DNA of 64,000 nt from positions 124,001 to 188,000 of IMG/VR virus record IMGVR_UViG_3300031344_000002; one strand, given 5' to 3'. Positions 30,112 through 38,919 of this stretch are shown here, in pieces. The notes under the pieces were generated by a model. That model was given only the letters and a program-made list of their open reading frames with translations, ran no database searches and was not told the DNA's origin. Position 1 is the stretch's first letter, and every line of letters begins with the position of its first letter. Made by a program: the position numbers and the translations under genes.

Positions 30112-30711
30112 ATGAATATACGAAAAATTTTAAATTTACCAAATAAAGCTCAAAGAAGATTTATTGAACTTAGTAATGAAATTGTTTTAAATAATTGTGA
30201 AGTTATTGCTCGTGAAGAAATGGAAGAACAGCAAGATAATAAACTTTTTCATGACAGTCGGTGTCCAATATGTAAAAGTAGAAAAGATATTATAAATAAA
30301 ATTGTTAATATTCAAAGTCTTAATCATATTGAAGGTAATTTCAAATTTGGTTTTGGTAAAATAAAAACTGTTATCACAACTAATACTTATAAAGTAAATC
30401 ATTGTAATTCTTGTGGTAATGAATGGGAAATGTATAAAACCAAACCAATTTCACGAACTAATATATTAAATGTTGCTTTTAAATATTTGAAAGAAATATT
30501 GGAAGACCCAGAAAAAAATAAACAAGATTATAAAATGGAAGCCATACAGGTTTTTGAAAATTCATATGCAGAAACATTGTATGAACTTAATGTATGGGTG
30601 AGAACTGATATTAAATTATCTGTTTTAAGAAAACATTATAAATCAGTATATGACAAATATATATTTCCACAAGTTTCTCAATCATTTGTTGATAAATATA
30701 TTAAAGAATGA
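30112..30711 (+). CDS. Zn-ribbon protein between the two array modules
   Basis: CPIC ... HCNSCGNEW. Confidence 0.6.
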   Translation: MNIRKILNLPNKAQRRFIELSNEIVLNNCEVIAREEMEEQQDNKLFHDSRCPICKSRKDIINKIVNIQSLNHIEGNFKFGFGKIKTVITTNTYKVNHCNSCGNEWEMYKTKPISRTNILNVAFKYLKEILEDPEKNKQDYKMEAIQVFENSYAETLYELNVWVRTDIKLSVLRKHYKSVYDKYIFPQVSQSFVDKYIKE

Positions 30712-30747
30712 TAATATTGAAATAATAATATTTAAAAATAATTTTTT

Positions 30748-31161
30748 ATGGAAAATAAAGAAATAAAGATTAACGTACCTGATGGGTTTGAAATTGATAA
30801 AGATAATTCTACTTTTGAATTAATTAAATTCAAACCTGTTGTAAATAAAGAAGATAATAAATCCAAAGAAATGTCGGATTTATTATTCTCAATGTTTAAT
30901 AACACTGTGTGCAAAATTACTGGTGAAAAAGAAATAACTTATTATAAATTAAATGGATATAATCCAAATTCTGATGATAATGAGTGGTTATTTCAACAGG
31001 ATTGGAAAAACGGTAGATTATGGGTAAAATATTCACTTATTTGGAAGGTTTTTGAAGAAAGATTTGGTCTTAACTACGACCAAATCAGAGATTTCATTCA
31101 AGATTGGGTGGAAACCAACCTAAATTGGAAGGGTTTAACACCAATTCAAGGCGGATATTGA
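30748..31161 (+). CDS. array-associated protein B, whose C-terminus is encoded by repeat 1 and spacer 1 of array 2
   Basis: 137 aa ending ...IQDWVETNLNWKGLTP-IQGGY*; paralog of 29337-29744. Confidence 0.8.
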   Translation: MENKEIKINVPDGFEIDKDNSTFELIKFKPVVNKEDNKSKEMSDLLFSMFNNTVCKITGEKEITYYKLNGYNPNSDDNEWLFQQDWKNGRLWVKYSLIWKVFEERFGLNYDQIRDFIQDWVETNLNWKGLTPIQGGY

Positions 31162-31340
31162 CGACAGCAAAAGGTGGAAACCAACCTAAATTGGAAGGGT
31201 TTAACACCGTTGCCAGTAATGCCCTTGCGGAACTATATGGTGGAAACCAACCTAAATTGGAAGGGTTTAACACCAGAAAAGGATAACTGGTTTTCCTATT
31301 GTTTGGTGGAAACCAACCTAAATTGGAAGGGTTTAACACC
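31107..31340. CRISPR. CRISPR-like array 2: four 36-nt repeats and three 30-nt spacers
   Basis: same repeat at 31107, 31173, 31239, 31305; no spacer shared with array 1. Confidence 0.9.
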
Positions 31341-31554
31341 AGATAAATAAATTAATAAGAAAAAATTATGAATAAAATTATATTAAAAATAATTGATAAA
31401 AAAATAGTTGAAAAGGATTTCAGTTTGATAACTAAAAAGTTTGAAACTATTGAAGAACAAATTATAGAAACGAAAAAAATGTATGAATTTGAGAATGATA
31501 AAATTCAAATGAATAAAATTATTAAACAAATAAAAAAAATATAAAATTAAAACT

Positions 31555-31932
31555 ATGCAATATCCTTTTGAATTTAGAGAATTATTATTAACTGATTTAC
31601 TTCTTAAAGAATTTGGATTTGTTAAATGGACAGATGATTGTGGAGATTCTAATCATTGTTCAATAACACTTGCAGGGGTGAAAATTGAAATTCATGAGAC
31701 CGATGAATTAAGTGATGGTGGTGTAGGTAGTTATGCAGAACCTGAATATTCTTCTGCACATTTTACTGATAAAAATTTTTATCCAATATATTTTCTTCAT
31801 GATTTATATGAATATATGATATCATTTAAAAATGAAGATGTTATATCAGAATTTTTAAAATTATGTAAAAAGAATAATATGTATAATTATATTGAAACAT
31901 ATATTAATTATAAAACAACATCAAAAAAATAA
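31555..31932 (+). CDS. hypothetical protein
   Basis: ORF track. Confidence 0.55.
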   Translation: MQYPFEFRELLLTDLLLKEFGFVKWTDDCGDSNHCSITLAGVKIEIHETDELSDGGVGSYAEPEYSSAHFTDKNFYPIYFLHDLYEYMISFKNEDVISEFLKLCKKNNMYNYIETYINYKTTSKK

Positions 31933-31956
31933 CTTTAAATGTTTAGTTTATGAAAA

Positions 31957-32493
31957 GTGGCTATAAAAAGAAAACCCAAACAAAAACTTATATCAACAAT
32001 TGAAATTGAAGTAGCAATTGCAGAACTTTTTGATGTAAGAAAACACATAATTGTTCCAAATATTTCTTGGGGTTTTAATTCGCACGAAATGGACATGGCA
32101 CTAATAGCTAAAACAGGTTTCTTAAAAGAAATTGAAATAAAAATAAGTAAATCTGATTTTATAAAAGATTTTAAAAAAAATCATCATCATGTTGATAGAT
32201 TTCATAGAATTAATCAATTTTATTATGCAATGCCATTATATTTATATGAAAAAGTTAAAGAATTAATACCTGAAGATGCTGGAATTATAACATGCAATAA
32301 TATTGAATATAGGTCAGGATTTTATGTACGAACAACAATTTTAAGACAAGCAACAAAAATTAAAGATAGTAGAAAACTTACTGTTGAAGAACAATTAAAT
32401 ATAGCTAGATTAGGTACAATGAGGATTTTTAAATTAAAAAGAAAATTAATTGTATTAAATAATGACATAAAAAATTTAAAAATAGTCAAATAA
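31957..32493 (+). CDS. PD-(D/E)xK nuclease-fold protein (MmcB-like)
   Basis: HEMDMA...EIEIKISKSDF..D..K, FYYAMP, AGII. Confidence 0.65.
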   Translation: MAIKRKPKQKLISTIEIEVAIAELFDVRKHIIVPNISWGFNSHEMDMALIAKTGFLKEIEIKISKSDFIKDFKKNHHHVDRFHRINQFYYAMPLYLYEKVKELIPEDAGIITCNNIEYRSGFYVRTTILRQATKIKDSRKLTVEEQLNIARLGTMRIFKLKRKLIVLNNDIKNLKIVK

Positions 32494-32534
32494 TTAAAAA
32501 TAAATAACTATCTTTGTGTTTTAAATTTTAAATT

Positions 32535-33101
32535 ATGAATGACAAAACAATTTGGAATTATTTCTATGAATGGATTGATTACCCACAAGAAGTAGCACAT
32601 AACCCAATTCCTTATGGAACTGTTTGGTGTTATATATCTTCAACATTTTTAAATGGATTTATTAATTATGTTACTCCAATTAAATGTTATTTAATTGATA
32701 GATATACACCAAATAATGAAAAAGTTGATGATAATCATACAAAAGGCGAATTAAAACAGAAAATTTTATATGGCGAAAATGAAATGTTTCATACCGAATT
32801 AAATTGTTTTAGAGACGATATTGTTATTCTTGCTGAAATTGATGCAGAAGATTATGATTCTAATAATAATAAATTAAATAAATTTATGTTTTTTTATTTT
32901 GATGAAGATGTTTCGGATTGTTGTATTGGTAAATTTGAAACTAATGATTCGAAAGAAGAAGTTATACAATCAATAATTAATTGGTTGGAAAGAGAAAAAT
33001 TAAATAATATTGGTAGAACAGTTAAAGAACATACTGAGAGTGGAATTATTAATTATACTGAACTTCCATTATCTTTTATCAAAGGTTGGGTTAAATTTTA
33101 A
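32535..33101 (+). CDS. hypothetical protein
   Basis: ORF track. Confidence 0.55.
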   Translation: MNDKTIWNYFYEWIDYPQEVAHNPIPYGTVWCYISSTFLNGFINYVTPIKCYLIDRYTPNNEKVDDNHTKGELKQKILYGENEMFHTELNCFRDDIVILAEIDAEDYDSNNNKLNKFMFFYFDEDVSDCCIGKFETNDSKEEVIQSIINWLEREKLNNIGRTVKEHTESGIINYTELPLSFIKGWVKF

Positions 33102-33113
33102 TGAATATTAAAA

Positions 33114-33707
33114 ATGGAAATAAAAAAATTTAATAATAGACCAAATGACCATATTATGTATGGTTTTGATTCTCAATCATCAGATGTTAAAATAAGACAG
33201 GATTATTGGATAAGCAGGTCTGTTACTACAGTTGGTATTGTATTTGTAATTCCTTCATTTAGTGATATGCAGATTCTTATTACTCAAAGGTCAAATAAAA
33301 TGCGTGACGAAAAAAATAAATATTGTTTACCTTGTGGTTACGTTGATTGGAATGAAACAATTTTTGAATCAATGATAAGAGAAGTTTACGAAGAAACTAG
33401 TTTATATCTTCCAGATTATAAAGATTTGTTAATTACAAATTATAATGAAAAACCAATAGAAATTAGGGATAATCCGGGTAATCATCTTCAAAATATATCA
33501 TTTATATATCTTTCAGTATATGATTTTACTAAAAATAATGAACGTTTTCCAATTGAAATTGAAAAATATTCAGATAAAGAAACAAAATTAGTTAAATGGA
33601 TATCACTTAATAATTTTTATAATAGTTATGATAAAGAACTTAATTGGGCTTTTGGTCATAACGAAACAATAAAAAGAGCAATTGAATTTTATAAAATAAA
33701 TGAATAA
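33114..33707 (+). CDS. NUDIX hydrolase
   Basis: GYVDWNETIFESMIREVYEETSL Nudix box; WAFGH. Confidence 0.85.
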   Translation: MEIKKFNNRPNDHIMYGFDSQSSDVKIRQDYWISRSVTTVGIVFVIPSFSDMQILITQRSNKMRDEKNKYCLPCGYVDWNETIFESMIREVYEETSLYLPDYKDLLITNYNEKPIEIRDNPGNHLQNISFIYLSVYDFTKNNERFPIEIEKYSDKETKLVKWISLNNFYNSYDKELNWAFGHNETIKRAIEFYKINE

Positions 33708-33710
33708 AAT

Positions 33711-34364
33711 ATGACTAATTTTAATTCTGATATAGATTGGATTGCTAATAAAATAGCAACAAAACCTATAAATGAAAACACAAGAATGGAATTTTTAAAT
33801 GATGTCAATAATTTAAAATATAGAATTATTTGTTATTTTGAAAATCATATTAATATTGATGATATTAAATTTAATGGATTAGATGAATATAAGATAAATC
33901 CTGCTGATTTATATACTGCTTGTCTAATTAATAAACTTGAACCATTTTCAACTGTTGTAAATAAGAAAGATTATATTGATTTTATTGGTGGAATTAGAGT
34001 TAGAAAAATTGGAGAAATAAATACATATAATTGTGCTAACTTTGATAATTTTTCAATTAAATATTATAATCCATATCAATTAACTAGATTTGAATATTAT
34101 TTAATTGAAAATAACAATAGTGATTTTTATGATAATATGGAATATGGACGTTTTTTAAATGAATGGCTTTTTTATTATCGGTTTCCGTTTACAACAAAAT
34201 GTAAAGTTTATTTATTATCTGATTATAAAGATATTGGATTTTATTGCAAGGGATTTTGTGATTTAATTGTAATTGATAAACTAACCAATGTCGAAAATTT
34301 CAAGAAATTTAAAGAAACTTGGGATTATAAAATAATTGAATTTCACGATAATTTGAATTTTTAA
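33711..34364 (+). CDS. hypothetical protein
   Basis: ORF track. Confidence 0.55.
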   Translation: MTNFNSDIDWIANKIATKPINENTRMEFLNDVNNLKYRIICYFENHINIDDIKFNGLDEYKINPADLYTACLINKLEPFSTVVNKKDYIDFIGGIRVRKIGEINTYNCANFDNFSIKYYNPYQLTRFEYYLIENNNSDFYDNMEYGRFLNEWLFYYRFPFTTKCKVYLLSDYKDIGFYCKGFCDLIVIDKLTNVENFKKFKETWDYKIIEFHDNLNF

Positions 34365-34369
34365 AAATT

Positions 34370-34828
34370 ATGTTACAAATTTTTGATGAAGAATATTCAA
34401 ATTTACAGCCAGTAATACCGGAAAAAAATGCTGTTGCTGTTTTTAAGATTAAATGTGCAAAAATGGCATTTCAACATCTACGTATGGATTTTGTTATAGC
34501 ATTAAATGAAAAAACTAATAAATTTGCATATTGTTTTAGTGTAAAAGAATGTGAAGATTTTTTTAGTGAATATAATGAAAGTATTTTTAAAGTAGATGAT
34601 AGAGTTATGGCTTTTGATGGTGTTGAATGGTCAAAAACTGGTGATTCACCAGAAGGAAATGATAAATTTTATAAACCTGCAACAGTAAAATTTATTAGAA
34701 TTGATAAAATGTCTGGAAGATGGCTTGCTGATATTATTTTCGATTTTGAACAAAAAGATAAAATATTAAGTAGAGGTCATTTTCAAGATGGATTAAAATT
34801 GATTTCTATTGATTATGATAAAATTTAA
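34370..34828 (+). CDS. hypothetical protein
   Basis: ORF track. Confidence 0.55.
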   Translation: MLQIFDEEYSNLQPVIPEKNAVAVFKIKCAKMAFQHLRMDFVIALNEKTNKFAYCFSVKECEDFFSEYNESIFKVDDRVMAFDGVEWSKTGDSPEGNDKFYKPATVKFIRIDKMSGRWLADIIFDFEQKDKILSRGHFQDGLKLISIDYDKI

Positions 34829-34842
34829 ATAAAATTAAAACT

Positions 34843-35361
34843 ATGAAAAACAAAGAATTGTCAATAAGAGAAATGGTTATTAAAGCAAATATAGCTTATT
34901 TAGATGGAAAAACATTTAAAGATAGATGGAACGAAGAAGATATCACCGATGCTGCTTTAATACGTGAAATAATAATTAATAATGAAAATAAATATTATGT
35001 TGAAAATTTTAAAGGTGGTATTTTATCTCTTAGAACAAAAATAAAAGAATCTCCAATAACCGAAAAAACTTTATTATCTTTGGGTTTTGAAAGAGAAGAT
35101 GTTTCTGCAGAAGAATCGGGTGATGAACCATATTTTTACTTTATATATAATTTAAAAAACGAAAGAGCAATACTAATTTCATGTGCAAATGATGAATGTA
35201 AAGATTATCCTTATAATGATGATAATGCTGATATAGATTATGATAGTAGATGTAATAATTATACGGTTGAATTCTTTAATGAAGAAGATGCTGGATATAT
35301 CGATAATGCAAATGTTCTTGAAAGTTTAGTTAATGCTTTAAAATCTTTGAAAAATAACTAA
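34843..35361 (+). CDS. hypothetical protein
   Basis: ORF track. Confidence 0.55.
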   Translation: MKNKELSIREMVIKANIAYLDGKTFKDRWNEEDITDAALIREIIINNENKYYVENFKGGILSLRTKIKESPITEKTLLSLGFEREDVSAEESGDEPYFYFIYNLKNERAILISCANDECKDYPYNDDNADIDYDSRCNNYTVEFFNEEDAGYIDNANVLESLVNALKSLKNN

Positions 35362-36845
35362 TGAGCGAAGAATTAATAACAGATGATGATATTTTAAGTT
35401 TCTTAGATGAAGAACCTGAAGAAAAAGTAACGGATAATCAATTATTACTTTCTTCAGGTAAACTTATTACTTTCAATGACCAACAATTCGAAGCAATTAA
35501 TAAAATTAAGAAATGGCTTAAAGAGAAAGATAAAACGTTCTTTACACTGGAAGGACAGGCTGGCAGTGGAAAATCGACAATTATTAAAAAAATTTTGGAT
35601 GATTATCGATATGGTGTTGTAGTGTCAGCACCCACGCACAAAGCTAGGAAGGTAATTGAGGATTTTACTGGAATACAAAGTAAAACTATTCATTCTTTGC
35701 TTGGATTAAAACCGGATTGTGAAATTGAGGCGTACAATCCTAACGACCCTAAATTTGCACCAATTGCCCCCTCAAGAATTACGGAATATAATTGGGTCAT
35801 TGTCGATGAAGCGTCACAAATAAATAATGAACTTTTTGAACTTATTAAAGAAAAAGTAAATGATAGTAGAACAAAAATATTATTTATGGGAGATGCGTGT
35901 CAATGTCCGCCTGTTGGTGAAAAGATTTCGGTTATTTTTAATCAATTAGATATTGAAATTTTTACACTTAATAAAATTGAAAGACAAAATGTTGGAAATC
36001 CATTAATTTTATTATTTAATATATTAAGAAATAATTTAAGCTCAATTGATGGTGGATTTGAAAGAAAAACAAATGTAAATAAGAAAGGGGAGGGCATAAT
36101 ATTTACGGTTGATAAAAAAGAATTTCGTAAAGCAATGCTTGAGAAATTTTGTTCGGAAGAATTTCAAAAAAATGACGATTTTTGTAAAACGATTGCATGG
36201 AAAAATGATACAGTCATGGCATCAAATAAAATAATTAGAACAGCAATTTTTGGTAATAATACTGAAATTATTAATATTAACGAATTATTATTTGGTTACA
36301 GAACCATAATGGATGAAAAACAAAGATATAATATTATTGAAAATTCTGCTGATTATCGGGTGGTTGAAAAATCAAATTTAGAAGAAAATGAATATGGTAT
36401 AAATGGATATCGTGTAAAATTAAAAGAAGACCTTGCCAGAGGAAAATTTAAATTTCAAGATGTTTTTATTATAAATTCAAATAATCATGAAAATTTACAT
36501 CTTTATGCTCAAATGCATGATTTCTTTAGAGATATGGCAAAAAATAATAAAAAATTGTGGAATAAATATTATGAATTTCGTAGACAAAATTTATTAATGG
36601 AAACAATTGATAAACATCAAAATGGTCAACTTAGAAGTTCTAAAGATATTATCGTTAAAGACATTTCATATGGATATGCCATTACGGGGCATAAGAGTCA
36701 GGGAAGCACATATAACACGGTTTTCGTTTTAGAATCTGACATAAAAGATAATTGGATGATTCGTGAGCGAAATCAAATTTTTTATGTAGCCGTAAGTCGT
36801 CCAACAACTTGTGCTTATGTCCTTTGTAATAGAATTGATAAATAA
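35361..36845 (+). CDS. dda: SF1B DNA helicase, T4 Dda/RecD-like
   Basis: GQAGSGKS, APTHKA, TIHSLL, IVDEASQ, MGD..Q..PV, IERQ, YAITGHKSQGSTY, YVAVSR. Confidence 0.88.
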   Translation: MSEELITDDDILSFLDEEPEEKVTDNQLLLSSGKLITFNDQQFEAINKIKKWLKEKDKTFFTLEGQAGSGKSTIIKKILDDYRYGVVVSAPTHKARKVIEDFTGIQSKTIHSLLGLKPDCEIEAYNPNDPKFAPIAPSRITEYNWVIVDEASQINNELFELIKEKVNDSRTKILFMGDACQCPPVGEKISVIFNQLDIEIFTLNKIERQNVGNPLILLFNILRNNLSSIDGGFERKTNVNKKGEGIIFTVDKKEFRKAMLEKFCSEEFQKNDDFCKTIAWKNDTVMASNKIIRTAIFGNNTEIININELLFGYRTIMDEKQRYNIIENSADYRVVEKSNLEENEYGINGYRVKLKEDLARGKFKFQDVFIINSNNHENLHLYAQMHDFFRDMAKNNKKLWNKYYEFRRQNLLMETIDKHQNGQLRSSKDIIVKDISYGYAITGHKSQGSTYNTVFVLESDIKDNWMIRERNQIFYVAVSRPTTCAYVLCNRIDK

Positions 36846-36934
36846 TTATAATTTTAGAAAAGTATTATAATTATGCAACAATTTAAATATTTTTTCGTAA
36901 TATTGCATAATATTTAATCTTAATTTAATGTATT

Positions 36935-37135
36935 ATGGATAAAACAATTGAATTAAATGGTGATATAATATCATCGGATGAACATGTTTTTACAACCAAT
37001 AATGGTTTAGTAAAAGCAAAAGAATTAAAAATTGATGATGAAATCATTGGTTTTGATGGAAACACCATAAAAATCACGAAAATCATGAAATGTGGTAAAA
37101 GACCTGACGCACCAATTATTGGTAATACGATTTAA
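36935..37135 (+). CDS. 66-aa protein resembling a Hint/intein block-B fragment
   Basis: IISSDEHVFTTNNGLVKAKELKIDDEI. Confidence 0.45.
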   Translation: MDKTIELNGDIISSDEHVFTTNNGLVKAKELKIDDEIIGFDGNTIKITKIMKCGKRPDAPIIGNTI

Positions 37136-37156
37136 AAACATTAATTTAAAAATATC

Positions 37157-37420
37157 ATGGCAAAGAAAAAAACAAAATCACTAGAATTACCCAAATATGT
37201 GAGTTTAAAAGGAGTTGCAATGCGTTTAACACCACATGAAGAACAGTATTATAGGCATGCTGGTCAATGGGGAGTTTATTATAAAATAGTAGATGGAAAA
37301 GTATTTTCGAAATGTCCACACTTACCTTGGATACATAATGTTGAATTAATACCAATAACTGAAGAACAATGGAAAATTGATAATCAAGGTTATTTACCTA
37401 ATGACAAAGAGATTGAATAA
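37157..37420 (+). CDS. hypothetical protein
   Basis: ORF track. Confidence 0.55.
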   Translation: MAKKKTKSLELPKYVSLKGVAMRLTPHEEQYYRHAGQWGVYYKIVDGKVFSKCPHLPWIHNVELIPITEEQWKIDNQGYLPNDKEIE

Positions 37421-37437
37421 ATAATAACATAATAATT

Positions 37438-37923
37438 ATGGAAAGAATAACTGATAAATATGTATTTTTTTATAAATCAAGAATATCTAATTGGCACATG
37501 TGTCAATTTAAGTATAAAGGAATTACATTTTTTAATACCGAACAAGCATTTATGTGGGAAAAAGCAATTTTCTTTGGTGATATGGAAACAGCAAAGAAAA
37601 TTGTTGAAACTCCAAATCCTGCTGAAAATAAAAAACTTGGTCGCATGGTTAAAAATTTTAATACGGAAAAATGGGATGATGCTTGTTTTGATTTTATGGT
37701 AGCTGTTAATTATGCTAAATTTAGTCAAAACAAATATTCAAAAGAATTGTTATTATCAACTAATGATAAAATACTAGTTGAAGCGAGTAAATTCGATAAA
37801 ATATGGGGTATTGGTTTACACTGGAGTGATGATGATGTACTTGATGAAACTAAGTGGCAAGGTAAAAATTTGCTTGGAAAAGCGTTGATGGTAGTAAGAG
37901 AACAATTAAAACAAGAAAATTAA
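37438..37923 (+). CDS. NADAR (YbiA-like) family protein
   Basis: SNW, EQAFMWEKA, KKLGR.V, AKFSQN, LVEAS..D.IWGIG, GKNLLGKALM.VR. Confidence 0.92.
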   Translation: MERITDKYVFFYKSRISNWHMCQFKYKGITFFNTEQAFMWEKAIFFGDMETAKKIVETPNPAENKKLGRMVKNFNTEKWDDACFDFMVAVNYAKFSQNKYSKELLLSTNDKILVEASKFDKIWGIGLHWSDDDVLDETKWQGKNLLGKALMVVREQLKQEN

Positions 37924-37980
37924 AATTTTGTAACAATTTCAATAATTATTCGTATAATTGCAATATTAATTAAAGTAATT

Positions 37981-38409
37981 ATGAAAAATAAAAATAATAT
38001 AAAAGAAGACTCTTCAAAATATTTGATTATTTTGAGGGGTCTTCCTTAACTTGGTTCGGGAAAAAGTTCATTTGCAGAATTGTTAAATACTAAAGCTATT
38101 TGTTGTGCTGATGATTATATTACACGTAATGGTGTATATAATTGGAAACCTGAAACTGTAAATGCTTCACATGAATGGTGTCAGCGTAAATGCCGTAGAT
38201 TCATGAAAATTGGCGTTGAACGTATTATTATTGCCAATACAAATACAAGAATGAAAGAAATGCAACCATATTTTGATATGGGAAAACAATTTGGGTATAA
38301 AATTTATTCGGTGATTATTGAAAACAGACATAATGGTACTAATAATCATAATGTACCAGAAAAAACAATTGAAAAGATGATAAATCGTTTCGAGATGAAA
38401 TTAAAATAA
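37981..38409 (+). pseudogene. P-loop kinase (AAA_33/PNK-like) with Walker A interrupted by TAACTT
   Basis: LIILRGLP-[TAA CTT]-GSGKSSFA...ADDY...IANTNT...HNVP. Confidence 0.75.
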
Positions 38410-38649
38410 TGAATAGAATTGAAATTAAAACAATAATAAAACCTGAAACAGGAATTGAAATTGCAATTATAAATGATGCTGATTTTATTATTGGTGCAAA
38501 TTGGGGAAAAAGCAAATAGTCTTATTAATGGACTTTTAGTTGAAGGTTATTTAGACCTTTACGTAAAGTTTTTTCATTGTGATAATGCAACTGGTGATAA
38601 ATCACAAGAAAATTATGAATGGTTTAAAAATTTAATTAAATAATTAATT

Positions 38650-38913
38650 ATGAAAACTGTAAAATTTGAAGAACAGAAAAAAGAAAAGATTTCAATATTA
38701 AGAAATGTTGAAGCAGGTAAAATAGTACGATTTGAACATATTTCTTATGAAGAAGCAATAAAAGATGATTTATTTTATTGTGTTGTTGGAAAACCTAAAG
38801 ATAATAGGATTAAATTATTTTGCATAAGTAATGCAGAATTAATTGAAAGAGATGATGATTGGAGAGTGATTGAGCATGAAAGTAAATTATATGTTAAACC
38901 AAACATAATATAA
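38650..38913 (+). CDS. hypothetical protein
   Basis: ORF track. Confidence 0.5.
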   Translation: MKTVKFEEQKKEKISILRNVEAGKIVRFEHISYEEAIKDDLFYCVVGKPKDNRIKLFCISNAELIERDDDWRVIEHESKLYVKPNII

Positions 38914-38919
38914 ATAAAA

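Noticed and set aside
29681-31339. ORF-track entries inside the arrays (29681-29899 -, 29754-30002 +, 31094-31339 -, 31104-31286 +)
   Set aside because: By-products of a stop-free 66-nt unit; they have TTG or weak starts and no independent leader
29690-31340. Arrays as TIGR (box C/D) arrays or DGR template/variable repeats
   Set aside because: No box C/D motifs or Nop-domain gene; no reverse transcriptase; spacers are unrelated rather than adenine-mutated copies
29690-31340. Arrays as ordinary protein tandem repeats
   Set aside because: Repeats have no synonymous changes and fold as a hairpin, spacers are unrelated but constant in length, and both genes stop in spacer 1
7450-38049. Stop-codon reassignment suggested by in-frame TAA at 7450 and 38047
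   Set aside because: TAA ends most genes, and long genes are intact in the standard code; these are local lesions
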